Shown here one piece after another: positions 1-8,970 of a stretch of DNA of 64,000 nucleotides. The stretch is from contig OY970399.1 of assembly GCA_963720545.1 (NCBI GenBank), positions 3,168,001 to 3,232,000 on the forward strand, in the 5' to 3' direction. The position numbers and the translations under genes were made by a program. Position 1 is the stretch's first letter. Each line of letters begins with the position of its first letter. Source of the DNA: an uncultured Acidobacteriota bacterium (GTDB lineage Bacteria; Acidobacteriota; Vicinamibacteria; Fen-336). The notes under the pieces were generated by a model. That model had not been told where the DNA came from, did not search any database, and saw only the letters and a program-made list of their open reading frames with translations.

Positions 1-283
1 CGGCCGGCGCGCCGGGAACGGCGGCCGCTTTTGGCGCCCCCTTGCCTCCTGGCGCCAGCTGCTTCGGAGCGCCCTTGCCGGCAGCCGCGGGCGGCGCGGG
101 GGCCGGCTTGGCCGAAGCACCCTTCTTCACAGGGACGGCGGGCGCCGGCTTGACGGCAGCCTTCTTCGCGGCGGGCGCCGCCGGCTTCGCCTTGGCCTTC
201 GGCTGTGGCTTCGCCTTCGCCTTTGCCTTCGCCTTCACGGTGGGCCTGGCCTTGGCCTTGGCTTTGGTCTTGTGGGTCGACAT
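1..283 (-). CDS. Lys/Ala/Pro-rich histone-H1-like low-complexity protein, 5' part only (runs off the left end)
   Basis: Not in the ORF track because it has no stop in the window. ATG at 283 follows AAGGA/AGAAG. Reads MSTHKTKAKAKARPTVKAKAKAKAKPQPKAKAKPAAPAAKKAAVKPAPAVPVKKGASAKPA and stays open to position 1. Confidence 0.75.
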   Translation of the reverse strand, partial: MSTHKTKAKAKARPTVKAKAKAKAKPQPKAKAKPAAPAAKKAAVKPAPAVPVKKGASAKPAPAPPAAAGKGAPKQLAPGGKGAPKAAAVPGAPA

Positions 284-332
284 CGTTTCTTCTAGTCCTT
301 TCGCCTGTCTGGTGCGAGGCGGGTTGGGCGCG

Positions 333-1439
333 TCAGGGCAGGAACCGTTCCGGGTGCTTGAGCTTCGCGGGCAGGTACTCGTCCATGACGTAGTTGAGGT
401 CGTGCTTGGCGAAGGCCTGCTGCTCGGCACGCACGCCCATCTTCAGCAGCTGCTCGAAAGCCTTCGCCCACTGCGGAAAGTGCTGGAAGAACGGATCGTT
501 CTTGAGGGCGTCCTTGGCCCGCTTGATGTCGACGTCCTTCAGCGGATGCGTGGGCAGCTTGTAGTCGATGATGTCCTGCGGCGTCACGCCGAGGAAGCGC
601 GCCTGCGGCACGCAGAAGTACTCGTTGAGGTGCGCGTTGTTGCCCGAGCCCACCTTCAGTGTGCGGTAGATGTTGGCGATGCCGTACGGATCGCAGTCGA
701 CGAACACGTACACCGGGATCTTCTTCTCGTCGGCGAGCCGGCGCACGAAACGCCGCACCGCGCGCGTCGGCACGCCCGCCATCGACACCAGGATGCAGTC
801 GGACGTGTCCCAGAAGCGGTGGCGGTTGAGGCGCTCGAAGATGCCGCCGGTTTCGATGCAGAGGATGAACTTGGCCTTGGTGCGGAAGCCGAGCTCGTCG
901 ACGGCGGAGGGAATGCCGTAGGCGCCGGAACCGAACTTGGTGCAGTCGATCTCCTGCACCTTGCCGGTGCCCATGTCGCGGTCCACGACCACCAGCTCCC
1001 CGGCCACCAGCCCGCCGTGTTCGTCGGGCGTGAAGTGCAAGAGCTCCTTGTGGACGCCGTAGAACGACTCGATGTCGTCCATGATGGTGTCCGACTCGGA
1101 CTGGTCGTCGCAGCGCGCGTCGTCCCAGTTCTTCGTCTGGTAGTACGCGTCGCGCTTGGTCGCGAAGTCGCCGGTTTCGATGAGCGTCTTCGACAGCGAC
1201 ACCATGCGCAGCGTCTGGGCGAACGTCTTCACGGTCGAAACCGTTAGGGTGCGCTCCTTCTTCTTGCCGGCCATCTCGAAGTGGCCCTTCTTCGCCGTGT
1301 AACGGACGTTCGAGAGGCTGCGCAGCGGGAACTTCATCTCCGGCTTGCCGCCGGCGACGATCTTGTCGTGGATGGTCTGCGAGGACGAGACGATCTTCGA
1401 AACGACGGCGCCCGCCGCGGCGGATTTCGCCTTGGCCAA
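333..1439 (-). CDS. top6A: DNA topoisomerase VI subunit A (Spo11/Top6A family)
   Basis: ATKRDAYY catalytic-Tyr motif, Toprim IETGG and DCDPYG, C-terminal AEQQAF. Likely TTG start at 1439 with GGAGG 6 nt upstream. Confidence 0.93.
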   Translation of the reverse strand: MAKAKSAAAGAVVSKIVSSSQTIHDKIVAGGKPEMKFPLRSLSNVRYTAKKGHFEMAGKKKERTLTVSTVKTFAQTLRMVSLSKTLIETGDFATKRDAYYQTKNWDDARCDDQSESDTIMDDIESFYGVHKELLHFTPDEHGGLVAGELVVVDRDMGTGKVQEIDCTKFGSGAYGIPSAVDELGFRTKAKFILCIETGGIFERLNRHRFWDTSDCILVSMAGVPTRAVRRFVRRLADEKKIPVYVFVDCDPYGIANIYRTLKVGSGNNAHLNEYFCVPQARFLGVTPQDIIDYKLPTHPLKDVDIKRAKDALKNDPFFQHFPQWAKAFEQLLKMGVRAEQQAFAKHDLNYVMDEYLPAKLKHPERFLP

Positions 1440-1521
1440 CGACAACCTCCAGCTGATCAGTAACTTGTGGGGTCCGCCGGCCGGCAGGACCGTCGCACAG
1501 AATACCACAAGGCGTGCGGCA

Positions 1522-2463
1522 TCAGGCCAGCCCGGCGCCGTACGTCTTCAGGTACTTCATGCCGGTGTCGCACAGCACGGTGACGATGGTCGCGTCCTTG
1601 CCGAGCTCCTCGCCGAGGCGCAGCGCCGCGATGACGTTGGCCCCGGTGGAGGTGCCGGCGAACAGGCCCTCCTCGCGCGCCAGGCGCAGCGCCATGGCCG
1701 TGGCGTCGGCGGTCGAGACCTGCTCGATGCCGTCGGCGACGGCGTCGTGCCACAGCGGCACGACGAATCCGGCGCCGACGCCGTCGATGCTGTGCGAGCC
1801 CGGCTTGCCGCCGGAGAGAACAGGAGACTCGGCCGGCTCCACGGCGACGACGCGCACGCGTGGGCTGCGGCCGCGCAGGTCTTCGGCGATGCCGCGCAGC
1901 GACGCGGCGGTGCCGACGCTCTGCACGAAGCCGTCCACCTCTTCACCCGTCTGCATCCAGATCTCGTCCGCCATCTGGCGGTAGGCCGACACCTGGTCGG
2001 TGTTGTTCATCTGGTCGGTCCAGAAGGCGCCGCTTTGGGCGGCAACGACGCGCGCCGCCTCGATCATGTCGCGCGTCAGCTTCTCGGTCATGCCGCGGCC
2101 CTCGCTCGGGATGACCTGCAGCTGCGCGCCCAGGATGCGCATGTGGTCGAGCTTCTCTTTCGAGAACGCGTCCGAGGTGACGATGTGCAGCGGATGGCGC
2201 TTCACGGCGCACACCAGCGCCAGCGACACGCCGGTGCTGCCGCCGGTGTACTCGACCACGGCACCGCCCGGCTGCAACCGTCCGTCGTTCTCGCCTGCCT
2301 CGATCATGGCGAGCGCCATGCGGTCCTTCATGCTGCCGGTCGGGTTTTCGCTCTCGAGCTTCAGCAAGATGCGCGCGCCGCTGTGCGGCACGATGTGGCG
2401 CAGCGGCAGCAGCGGGGTGTGGCCGATGCGCTGCAGGATGTCGCTCGGCTGCTGCCGCGCCAC
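1522..2463 (-). CDS. PLP-dependent cysteine synthase/cystathionine beta-synthase family protein (divergent substrate loop)
   Basis: IGHTPLL, KLESENPTGSMKDR (PLP Lys), VGTAAS, EGLFAGTSTGA, CDTGMKYL. GTG start abuts the top6B stop. Confidence 0.88.
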   Translation of the reverse strand: MARQQPSDILQRIGHTPLLPLRHIVPHSGARILLKLESENPTGSMKDRMALAMIEAGENDGRLQPGGAVVEYTGGSTGVSLALVCAVKRHPLHIVTSDAFSKEKLDHMRILGAQLQVIPSEGRGMTEKLTRDMIEAARVVAAQSGAFWTDQMNNTDQVSAYRQMADEIWMQTGEEVDGFVQSVGTAASLRGIAEDLRGRSPRVRVVAVEPAESPVLSGGKPGSHSIDGVGAGFVVPLWHDAVADGIEQVSTADATAMALRLAREEGLFAGTSTGANVIAALRLGEELGKDATIVTVLCDTGMKYLKTYGAGLA

Positions 2464-4230
2464 CTACAGCATCGCCTCGCGGCTGCGCTCCAGCGTGTCG
2501 CGCAGGGTCGCCACCACCTTGCCTTCCTGCTTCTCGGAAAGAGCCAGGATCTCGCGCAGCGCGATGCCGATGTGCGGGATGAACTTGTCGATGTAGCCGC
2601 GCTTCTTCAGCTCGGCGTCGGCGCGGCGCTGGTGGCGGATGTGCGCGCCGAGGCGGCGGCCGACGTCCATGAGGCCGAGGCGCAGCTCCTTCACGATCTC
2701 CGGATAGTGGGCGATCGCCTCCTTCGACTCCGAGGTGAACGGCACCCACACCGAGGCGATGTGGATCATCACCACCATCGGCCCGGAGGGCAGCGCGCCC
2801 TTCGACATCGACAGGCCGTAGGACCGCCAGTCGATCGACAGCGTCGCCTTGGTGATGGCGCACGCCGAGCTCTGGTACTGAAGCGGCACGCGGTTGGCGA
2901 GGCGGTACAGCTCGATGAGCTCGTCGGCGGGCAGCGCGCCGCCGTAGGCGAGGCCGACCTCCACCTGGAACGGGTTGCCGCGGTAGACGGCCGGCGGGCG
3001 CGTCACCGCCTCGAAGTACGCGGCCTGCGGCACGCGCTTGCGCAAGCCCGCGACCACCGCGTCCTCGCCGATGGGCGACAGGCAGTTGGTGGGCGGCGCC
3101 ATGATCTTCACCGACTGGATCGCCTTGTGGATGCGCTCGACGTCCGCCGTCTTCAGGTCGCGCGGCCGCGCCGTGGCGCGCACCTGCGCGAGCTTCACGA
3201 CTTCGCCCACGACCTTGTCGGTGACGCGCGAGAAATCGGCCTTGAGGGCTGCCGACAGCTGCCGCGCCGGGCTGTCCTGGAGCATCCGCATCAGCATGCC
3301 GAGCTCGACTCCGTGCGGGTGCGGCTTGATTTCCTTCGGCTCCTCGGGAAGTTCCTTCACCGCGCGCGCGAAGTGCACCGTGTCCTGGCCGGGCGCCGTG
3401 TAGAAAATCTCGGCGTGCGGGTTCGCGAGCGCCGTCTGCTCGACGTAGTCGTCCACCGAGCGGCGGCCGCGCTTGTAGGTCGCCTGCAGCTCGATCTCGA
3501 CACGGGTGCCGTGCTTCACGTCCCATTCGCGGGTGTCGTCGCGCAGCACCAGCGGCTCGTTCTTGCGCGTGTCGATCGTGATCTCGAAGAGGTGCGCCGG
3601 CCCCTTGCCGCCGGTCTTGCTGGTGATCGTGACCGGCTTGCCGGTGGTGAGCTGCCCGTACATCCCGGCCGCGGAGACGCCGATGCCCTGCTGGCCGCGC
3701 TGCTGCTTCATCGTGTGGAACTTGCTGCCGTAGAGAAGCTTGCCGAACACCCGCGGAATCTGCTTGCGGACGATGCCGGGGCCGTTGTCTTCGACGGCGA
3801 TGCGGAATCGGTCTTCGGCGAGGCCGGTGATCTCGATGCGCAGGGTGGGGAGGATGCCGGCCTCGCTGCAGGCGTCGAGCGAGTTGTCCACGCATTCGCG
3901 CACCGCGGTGAGGAGTGCCTTTTGCGGGTTGTCGAAGCCAAGCAGGTGGCGGTTCTTGACGAAGAACTCCGACACCGAGATCTCACGCTGCTTCATGCCG
4001 AGCGCCTCGGCGGTCATGCGGCGGGGCGGCGCCTGTGGCACTGGCTCGTCGGCGGCGGCGGACGCTTCGACCGGCACGGGAGCGGGGGGGGTCGTCGCTT
4101 CCTTGCGCTTGCGCGGCGCGGCTCTGGCTACCACCGCTGCTTCTTCGGCGGCCTCCAGCGCCTGTTCCTCGAACAGCCCCATTTGCGGCGCAGCACCGCG
4201 CAGCGCACCCGCGCCAGGTCTCTTGCTCAT
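2464..4230 (-). CDS. top6B: DNA topoisomerase VI subunit B (GHKL ATPase)
   Basis: REISVSEFF, ECVDNSLDA, EDNGPG, LLYGSKF, RGQQGIGVS, ANRVPL, VPFTSESKEAI. Confidence 0.95.
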   Translation of the reverse strand: MSKRPGAGALRGAAPQMGLFEEQALEAAEEAAVVARAAPRKRKEATTPPAPVPVEASAAADEPVPQAPPRRMTAEALGMKQREISVSEFFVKNRHLLGFDNPQKALLTAVRECVDNSLDACSEAGILPTLRIEITGLAEDRFRIAVEDNGPGIVRKQIPRVFGKLLYGSKFHTMKQQRGQQGIGVSAAGMYGQLTTGKPVTITSKTGGKGPAHLFEITIDTRKNEPLVLRDDTREWDVKHGTRVEIELQATYKRGRRSVDDYVEQTALANPHAEIFYTAPGQDTVHFARAVKELPEEPKEIKPHPHGVELGMLMRMLQDSPARQLSAALKADFSRVTDKVVGEVVKLAQVRATARPRDLKTADVERIHKAIQSVKIMAPPTNCLSPIGEDAVVAGLRKRVPQAAYFEAVTRPPAVYRGNPFQVEVGLAYGGALPADELIELYRLANRVPLQYQSSACAITKATLSIDWRSYGLSMSKGALPSGPMVVMIHIASVWVPFTSESKEAIAHYPEIVKELRLGLMDVGRRLGAHIRHQRRADAELKKRGYIDKFIPHIGIALREILALSEKQEGKVVATLRDTLERSREAML

Positions 4231-4277
4231 GGCTCAGGATAGTAACAGGCGAGAGTGTAGGATCGCGTCCAGGACCC
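4231..4277. promoter_or_regulatory. Divergent promoter region top6B/kynA
   Basis: Minus strand: TG-T-TACTAT 8 nt before the top6B ATG. Plus strand: TAGGAT at 4258-4263 and AGGA before the kynA ATG. Confidence 0.5.
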
Positions 4278-5054
4278 ATGCCAGCCGCTGATAAATCTGT
4301 GACTTACGGGAGTTACCTGAAGGTCCCGGAGCTGCTTTCGCTGCAGCAGCTCATGTCCTCGCCGCGCGAGCACGACGAGCCGCTCTTCATCATCATTCAC
4401 CAGGTCTACGAGCTGTGGTTCAAGCTGATGCTGCACGAGGTCGACTCGGCGGCGAAGCACCTGCGCGCCGGCCGTGTGGCCGAAGGAACGCGTCTGCTGC
4501 GGCGGGTGGTCGAGATCCAGCGCGTCCTCATCCAGCAGATCCGGGTGCTCGAGACCATGCGCCCGCAAGACTTCCTCGCTTTCCGCTACCACCTCAATCC
4601 GGCTTCCGGGTTCCAGTCGGTGCAGTTCCGCGAGCTCGAATGCGCGCTGGGGATGCCGGATCCGAAGATCCTCGACCACCTGCGCTGCGCGCCCGACGAG
4701 CGGCAGCGGCTCACCGACCGGCTCGAAGCGCCCGGCCTCAACGGTGTGTTCGACGCGGTGTTGAAGGAGCGCGGGTTCGACCTCGCCAGCGAGGACGCGC
4801 GGCGCGAGTCGTACCGGGCGCTCTATGCGAACGCCGAGGACCATCCCGACCTCAACGCCCTCGCCGAGGTGCTGATGGACATCGACGAGGCGCTGGCGTT
4901 GTGGCGGTTCCACCACGTGCAGATGGTCGAGAGGATGATCGGAGCGAAACCTGGCACCGGAGGCAGCGAGGGGGTCGCCTACCTGGCGACGACCCTGAAA
5001 AAGCGGGCATTTCCCGACCTCTGGCTGGCGCGCACAGGCCTCCAGAGAGCGTGA
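4278..5054 (+). CDS. kynA: Tryptophan 2,3-dioxygenase
   Basis: TYGSYLKVPELLSLQ, HDEPLFIIIHQVYELWFK, ASGFQSVQFR, GTGGSEGVAYL, FPDLW. ATG at 4278. Confidence 0.93.
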   Translation: MPAADKSVTYGSYLKVPELLSLQQLMSSPREHDEPLFIIIHQVYELWFKLMLHEVDSAAKHLRAGRVAEGTRLLRRVVEIQRVLIQQIRVLETMRPQDFLAFRYHLNPASGFQSVQFRELECALGMPDPKILDHLRCAPDERQRLTDRLEAPGLNGVFDAVLKERGFDLASEDARRESYRALYANAEDHPDLNALAEVLMDIDEALALWRFHHVQMVERMIGAKPGTGGSEGVAYLATTLKKRAFPDLWLARTGLQRA

Positions 5055-5073
5055 ACGTTACACTGTAGGGCTG

Positions 5074-6156
5074 ATGGACGACCGCAACGGGATTCGGGGA
5101 ATCATCCTCGCAGGCAGCTGGGAAGAAAGCTCGTTCGAGGCGCTGCTTCCGCGCCCGCTCGTGCCGGTGGCCCTGACGCCGCTCATTTCGCATGTCTTCG
5201 GCTGGCTGCGCGACGGCGGCATCGCCCACGCCACGGTGTGCGCGAACGGCGCCTCGAAACCGATCCGGGAGTTCGTCGAAAGCGCCTCGGGCGAAAGCCT
5301 CGCGGTCGGGTTTCACCAGGACGAGACTCCGCGCGGCCCCGCCGGCGCCGCCCGCGACGCGGCGCTCGCAAGCGACGGACGCCTGTTCGTCGTCTGCGAC
5401 GCCTCCACCATCCCGGTAGCCGAGATTTCCGACCTGCTCGAAACTCACCTGCGCGCGCGCGCCGCGGTGACGCTGGTGGTGCACGGCGACGTCGCCGCCT
5501 CGCCCTACGAGTCGCGGCCGTGGACGCCCGGCGACATCTACATCTTCGACCGCCGCGTGTTCGACCACGTCGCGGCCAACGGTTTCCAGGACATCAAGGA
5601 AAGCCTCATTCCCAAGCTGCACGCCATGGGCGAAGGTGTCGTAACTCACTTCGTCCCCGGCGCCTGCCCCCGCGTCCTCAACACCGAGAGTTATCTTTCG
5701 GTGAACGCCTGGATGGTGGAGCAAGTGGCAGCCTGGAAGTACACCAAGAGATCTTCGCTCGGCGAGTACCGCGTGCTCGGCCAGGGCCTGCGGCACCCGA
5801 CCGCCGGCATCGACCCGTCCGCGCGCGTCATCGGCCCGGTGCTGCTCGGCCCGGGGGTGTTCGTCGGCCCCGGCGCCACCATCGTCGGCCCGGCGTCGGT
5901 GGGGCCGAACACGCGCATCGAAGCCGACGCGGCACTGTCGCGCAGCGTCGCCTGGAGCCACTGCGTCGTTGGCGCCGGCGCGCTCGTCGACCGCTCGCTG
6001 CTGGTCAATGACGCCGTGGTCAAGCCGGCCGAGACGGTCTACGGCACCGTGCGCCATGCCCAGCGATCGCGCTGGAGCCAGGCGCAGAGGATCCTCCAGT
6101 CCGCCTCGCCCGGCGGCGCCGCGCCGGACGTCGCCCTCAAGCACGTCGAAGCGTGA
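5074..6156 (+). CDS. NDP-sugar pyrophosphorylase-like protein (NTP-transferase fold plus left-handed beta-helix), degenerate active site
   Basis: GIILAG...LPRPLVPV, PRGPAGA, C-terminal hexapeptide repeats (VIGPVLLGPGVFVGPGATIVGP). Confidence 0.75.
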   Translation: MDDRNGIRGIILAGSWEESSFEALLPRPLVPVALTPLISHVFGWLRDGGIAHATVCANGASKPIREFVESASGESLAVGFHQDETPRGPAGAARDAALASDGRLFVVCDASTIPVAEISDLLETHLRARAAVTLVVHGDVAASPYESRPWTPGDIYIFDRRVFDHVAANGFQDIKESLIPKLHAMGEGVVTHFVPGACPRVLNTESYLSVNAWMVEQVAAWKYTKRSSLGEYRVLGQGLRHPTAGIDPSARVIGPVLLGPGVFVGPGATIVGPASVGPNTRIEADAALSRSVAWSHCVVGAGALVDRSLLVNDAVVKPAETVYGTVRHAQRSRWSQAQRILQSASPGGAAPDVALKHVEA

Positions 6157-7880
6157 AGGTCCATCTCGTCATCATCGACTCGCGCCCCGAATACTTTCGC
6201 GGCGCGGACCGCACCACGTCGCTGGTGCAGATGCCGTTCGGCAGCGGCGACCTGCTCAACCACCTGACCAGCCAGCTGAAGTCGGCGTGCGTGCCCGGGG
6301 TCTCGATCCTGACCGACTTCAACGTGCGCGCCGGCTACGAAGACGCGGTGCGCGCCATTTCGCCGAGCGTCGACAAGATAGTGCCGCTGTCGCGCTTCAG
6401 CCGCTTCCTCGCGGCGCACGAGCCTTCCGACTGGCTGCTGATGATCGACCCGCGCTGCTATCCGTCGGACGGCTACGGCGCCGAGGACCTCGTGGAGGGC
6501 GCCGCCGCCGATCCGCGCTGGGTGCGGCACCTGGTGGCGCTCGAGGACATCGAGAGCGGCGCCAAGGAATTCGTGCAGCTCGATGCCGAGGGCCGGGTGG
6601 CGAAGGTGCAGCGCTACTACGAGGCCGTCACCTGGTCGCTGACCTCCGGGGTCGCGTGCTCGCTGCTGCCGGTGTCGAGCGCCCTCATCATGCAGGAGCT
6701 GCCGTTCTCCTCGCTCCCGGAGCTGCGCAGCGCTCTGGCGGCGCGCGGCGTGCCCTGCCAGGACGTGCCGGTTTCGGGCGGCGTCTACGACCTGAAGGAA
6801 GAGCGCGGCCTGCTCGAGATGGGCCGCGCCTCGGCTGTGGGCCTGTTCGCGCGCGGCGGCGAGGAGTCGGACCGCAGCCCCTCGGCGCACCTCGACGCGG
6901 CGGCGCGCATCGTCGGCCCGGTGGTCATCCAGGAAGAAGTGGCCGTCGATGCGGAGGCGCTCATCCTCGGCCCCACCATCCTCGGCAAGGGGTGCCGCAT
7001 CGGCCGCGGCGCGGTGGTGGCGCAGTCGGTGGTGCCGGCCGGCGCGGTGGTGAAGGACGGCGCCACCTGGCGCCATCGGCTGGTCGTCGGCCTGCCGCCG
7101 CAGGAAGGCGAGCGGCCGCGGCAGCGGCCGTTCCCGGGGGTAATGAGCGGCGTCGGCGTGCGCGTGCTGCACTCGGACGGCCCGCGCAGCAAGAGCATCT
7201 ACCCGGCGGTGAAGCTGGTGGTCGAGTCGTTCCTGGCGCTGACCGCGCTGGTGTTGCTGTCGCCGCTGCTGCTGCTGGTCGCGCTCCTGGTGCGGCTCGG
7301 CTCCAACGGGCCGTCCCTCTACGGCGACAAGCGCGAGGGCATGGGCGGGCAGGTGTTCCGCTGCTGGAAGTTCCGTTCGATGGTGGTGAACGCGCACGCG
7401 CTGCAGCAGAAGCTGCGCGAAGCGAGCAACGTCGACGGGCCGCAGTTCAAGATCGAGAACGACCCGCGGGTGACGCGCCTCGGCGGCATCCTGCGCAAGA
7501 CCAACATCGACGAGCTGCCGCAGCTCATCAACGTCGCGCTCGGGCAGATGAGCTTCGTCGGGCCGCGGCCGTCCCCGTTCCGCGAGAACCAGACCTGCAT
7601 CCCCTGGCGCGAGGGCCGGCTCTCGGTGCGGCCCGGCATCACCGGCCTGTGGCAGATCTGCCGCCGTGACCGCTCCACCGGCGACTTCCACCAGTGGATC
7701 TACTACGACCTGCTGTACGTGCGCCACATGTCGCCGTGGATGGACGTGAAGATCCTCGGCGCAACCTTCATCACCCTGGGCGGAAAACGCAGCGTGCCGC
7801 TCACCTGGATCATCTCGCCGGAGCGGCTGGGAACCGTGACGGCCCATGACGACCTGAGGTCCCAGCCTGCCCGTGCCTGA
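6153..7880 (+). CDS. Initiating phosphoglycosyltransferase (bacterial sugar transferase domain) fused to an N-terminal NTP-transferase-like/LbH region
   Basis: C-terminal FRCWKFRSM, NDPRVTRLG, KTNIDELPQLINV, MSFVGPRP, VRPGITGLWQ. One hydrophobic helix. Hexapeptide repeats upstream. GTGA overlap with the previous gene. Confidence 0.85.
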   Translation: MKVHLVIIDSRPEYFRGADRTTSLVQMPFGSGDLLNHLTSQLKSACVPGVSILTDFNVRAGYEDAVRAISPSVDKIVPLSRFSRFLAAHEPSDWLLMIDPRCYPSDGYGAEDLVEGAAADPRWVRHLVALEDIESGAKEFVQLDAEGRVAKVQRYYEAVTWSLTSGVACSLLPVSSALIMQELPFSSLPELRSALAARGVPCQDVPVSGGVYDLKEERGLLEMGRASAVGLFARGGEESDRSPSAHLDAAARIVGPVVIQEEVAVDAEALILGPTILGKGCRIGRGAVVAQSVVPAGAVVKDGATWRHRLVVGLPPQEGERPRQRPFPGVMSGVGVRVLHSDGPRSKSIYPAVKLVVESFLALTALVLLSPLLLLVALLVRLGSNGPSLYGDKREGMGGQVFRCWKFRSMVVNAHALQQKLREASNVDGPQFKIENDPRVTRLGGILRKTNIDELPQLINVALGQMSFVGPRPSPFRENQTCIPWREGRLSVRPGITGLWQICRRDRSTGDFHQWIYYDLLYVRHMSPWMDVKILGATFITLGGKRSVPLTWIISPERLGTVTAHDDLRSQPARA

Positions 7881-8970
7881 TACGAACCTGGATGGCTATG
7901 TCGAAACATTGCGCGGCGTCGCCGTGCGCTCGGTGGCGCGCATGTATTCGCCCGGCGACCGCGCCTTCGTCTTCTGCCTGCGCGACAACGACGGCGACGT
8001 CCGGCCGGAGGGGCTGAGCCGCCGCTACACGGCGATCACCCTCATCGGCCTGGCTCGCGAGGACGCGGCGACCGTGCGCGCGGTGCTCGGCGAGCACTCG
8101 CTGGCGCAGGTGTACGAGAAGCTGCTCGAGGATGTCGCGACGCATACGAACCTCGGCGACGTGGCGCTCACGCACTGGGCGGGCACGGCCATCGGCCACG
8201 CGGGCCGGGCGAAGGCGCTGGCGCGCCTCACGCAGCTCGCCCCGCAGCAGGGCGCTCACCACACCGTGGAACTCGCGTGGGTGGTGACGGCTCTCTCGGT
8301 CGACCCGGAAAAGCCGGCGCCAGAGCTGCGCGACGCGGTGGCGAAGCGCCTGGTGACGGCGCAGAACGAGCGGGTTTTCCCGCACCTCATCGGCGGCAAC
8401 GACGGCTTGCGCGCGCATGTCGCGTGCTTCGCCGACCTCGTCTACCCGACGCAGGCACTCGCGCACCATCACCGCGCCACCGGCGACGGCGCGAGCCTCG
8501 CGGCCGCTGCGGCGTGCGGCGACTACATGTGCGACACCCAGGGGCCGGCGGGGCAGTGGTGGTGGCATCACGACCATCGCACCGGCAAGGTGCTCGAGGG
8601 CTACCCGGTCTACGCCGTGCACCAGGACTCGATGGCGCCGATGGCGCTCTTCGACCTGCAGGATGCGACCGGCAGGAACTACGACGCGGCCATCCGCAAG
8701 GGGCTCGCGTGGCTGCGCAGCAGCCCCGAGCTCGACGGCGGCACGCTGCTCGACACCGGCAACGACATCATCTGGCGCAAGGTCGCAAGGCGCGAACCCA
8801 ACAAGCTGTCGCGCTCGCTGCAGGCGGTGGCGAGCGGCGTGCACCAGGGCCTGCGCGTTCCCGGGCTCGACACGCTGTTCCCGCCGGTGACCACCGACCG
8901 CGAGGACCGGCCGTATCACCTCGGCTGGGTGTTCTACGCGTTCCCGCCGAGCCGGCGGCACTTCTCATGA
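7873..8970 (+). CDS. Hypothetical protein in polysaccharide operon (possible alpha/alpha-toroid enzyme)
   Basis: 365-aa ORF overlapping both neighbours. Motifs FADLVYP, GQWWW, YPVYAVHQDSMAPMAL, EDRPYHLGW. Confidence 0.65.
   Translation: MPDTNLDGYVETLRGVAVRSVARMYSPGDRAFVFCLRDNDGDVRPEGLSRRYTAITLIGLAREDAATVRAVLGEHSLAQVYEKLLEDVATHTNLGDVALTHWAGTAIGHAGRAKALARLTQLAPQQGAHHTVELAWVVTALSVDPEKPAPELRDAVAKRLVTAQNERVFPHLIGGNDGLRAHVACFADLVYPTQALAHHHRATGDGASLAAAAACGDYMCDTQGPAGQWWWHHDHRTGKVLEGYPVYAVHQDSMAPMALFDLQDATGRNYDAAIRKGLAWLRSSPELDGGTLLDTGNDIIWRKVARREPNKLSRSLQAVASGVHQGLRVPGLDTLFPPVTTDREDRPYHLGWVFYAFPPSRRHFS

Noticed and set aside
333..1439. Toprim protein as a defence nuclease (Wadjet JetD-like) or plasmid Topo VIII
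   Set aside because: It is paired with a full separate Top6B, and there are no SMC/Jet genes or mobile context.
4278..5054. kynA as precursor supply for the NRPS
   Set aside because: It is 48 kb away, the visible A domain is Thr-type, and no kynurenine pathway partners are present.
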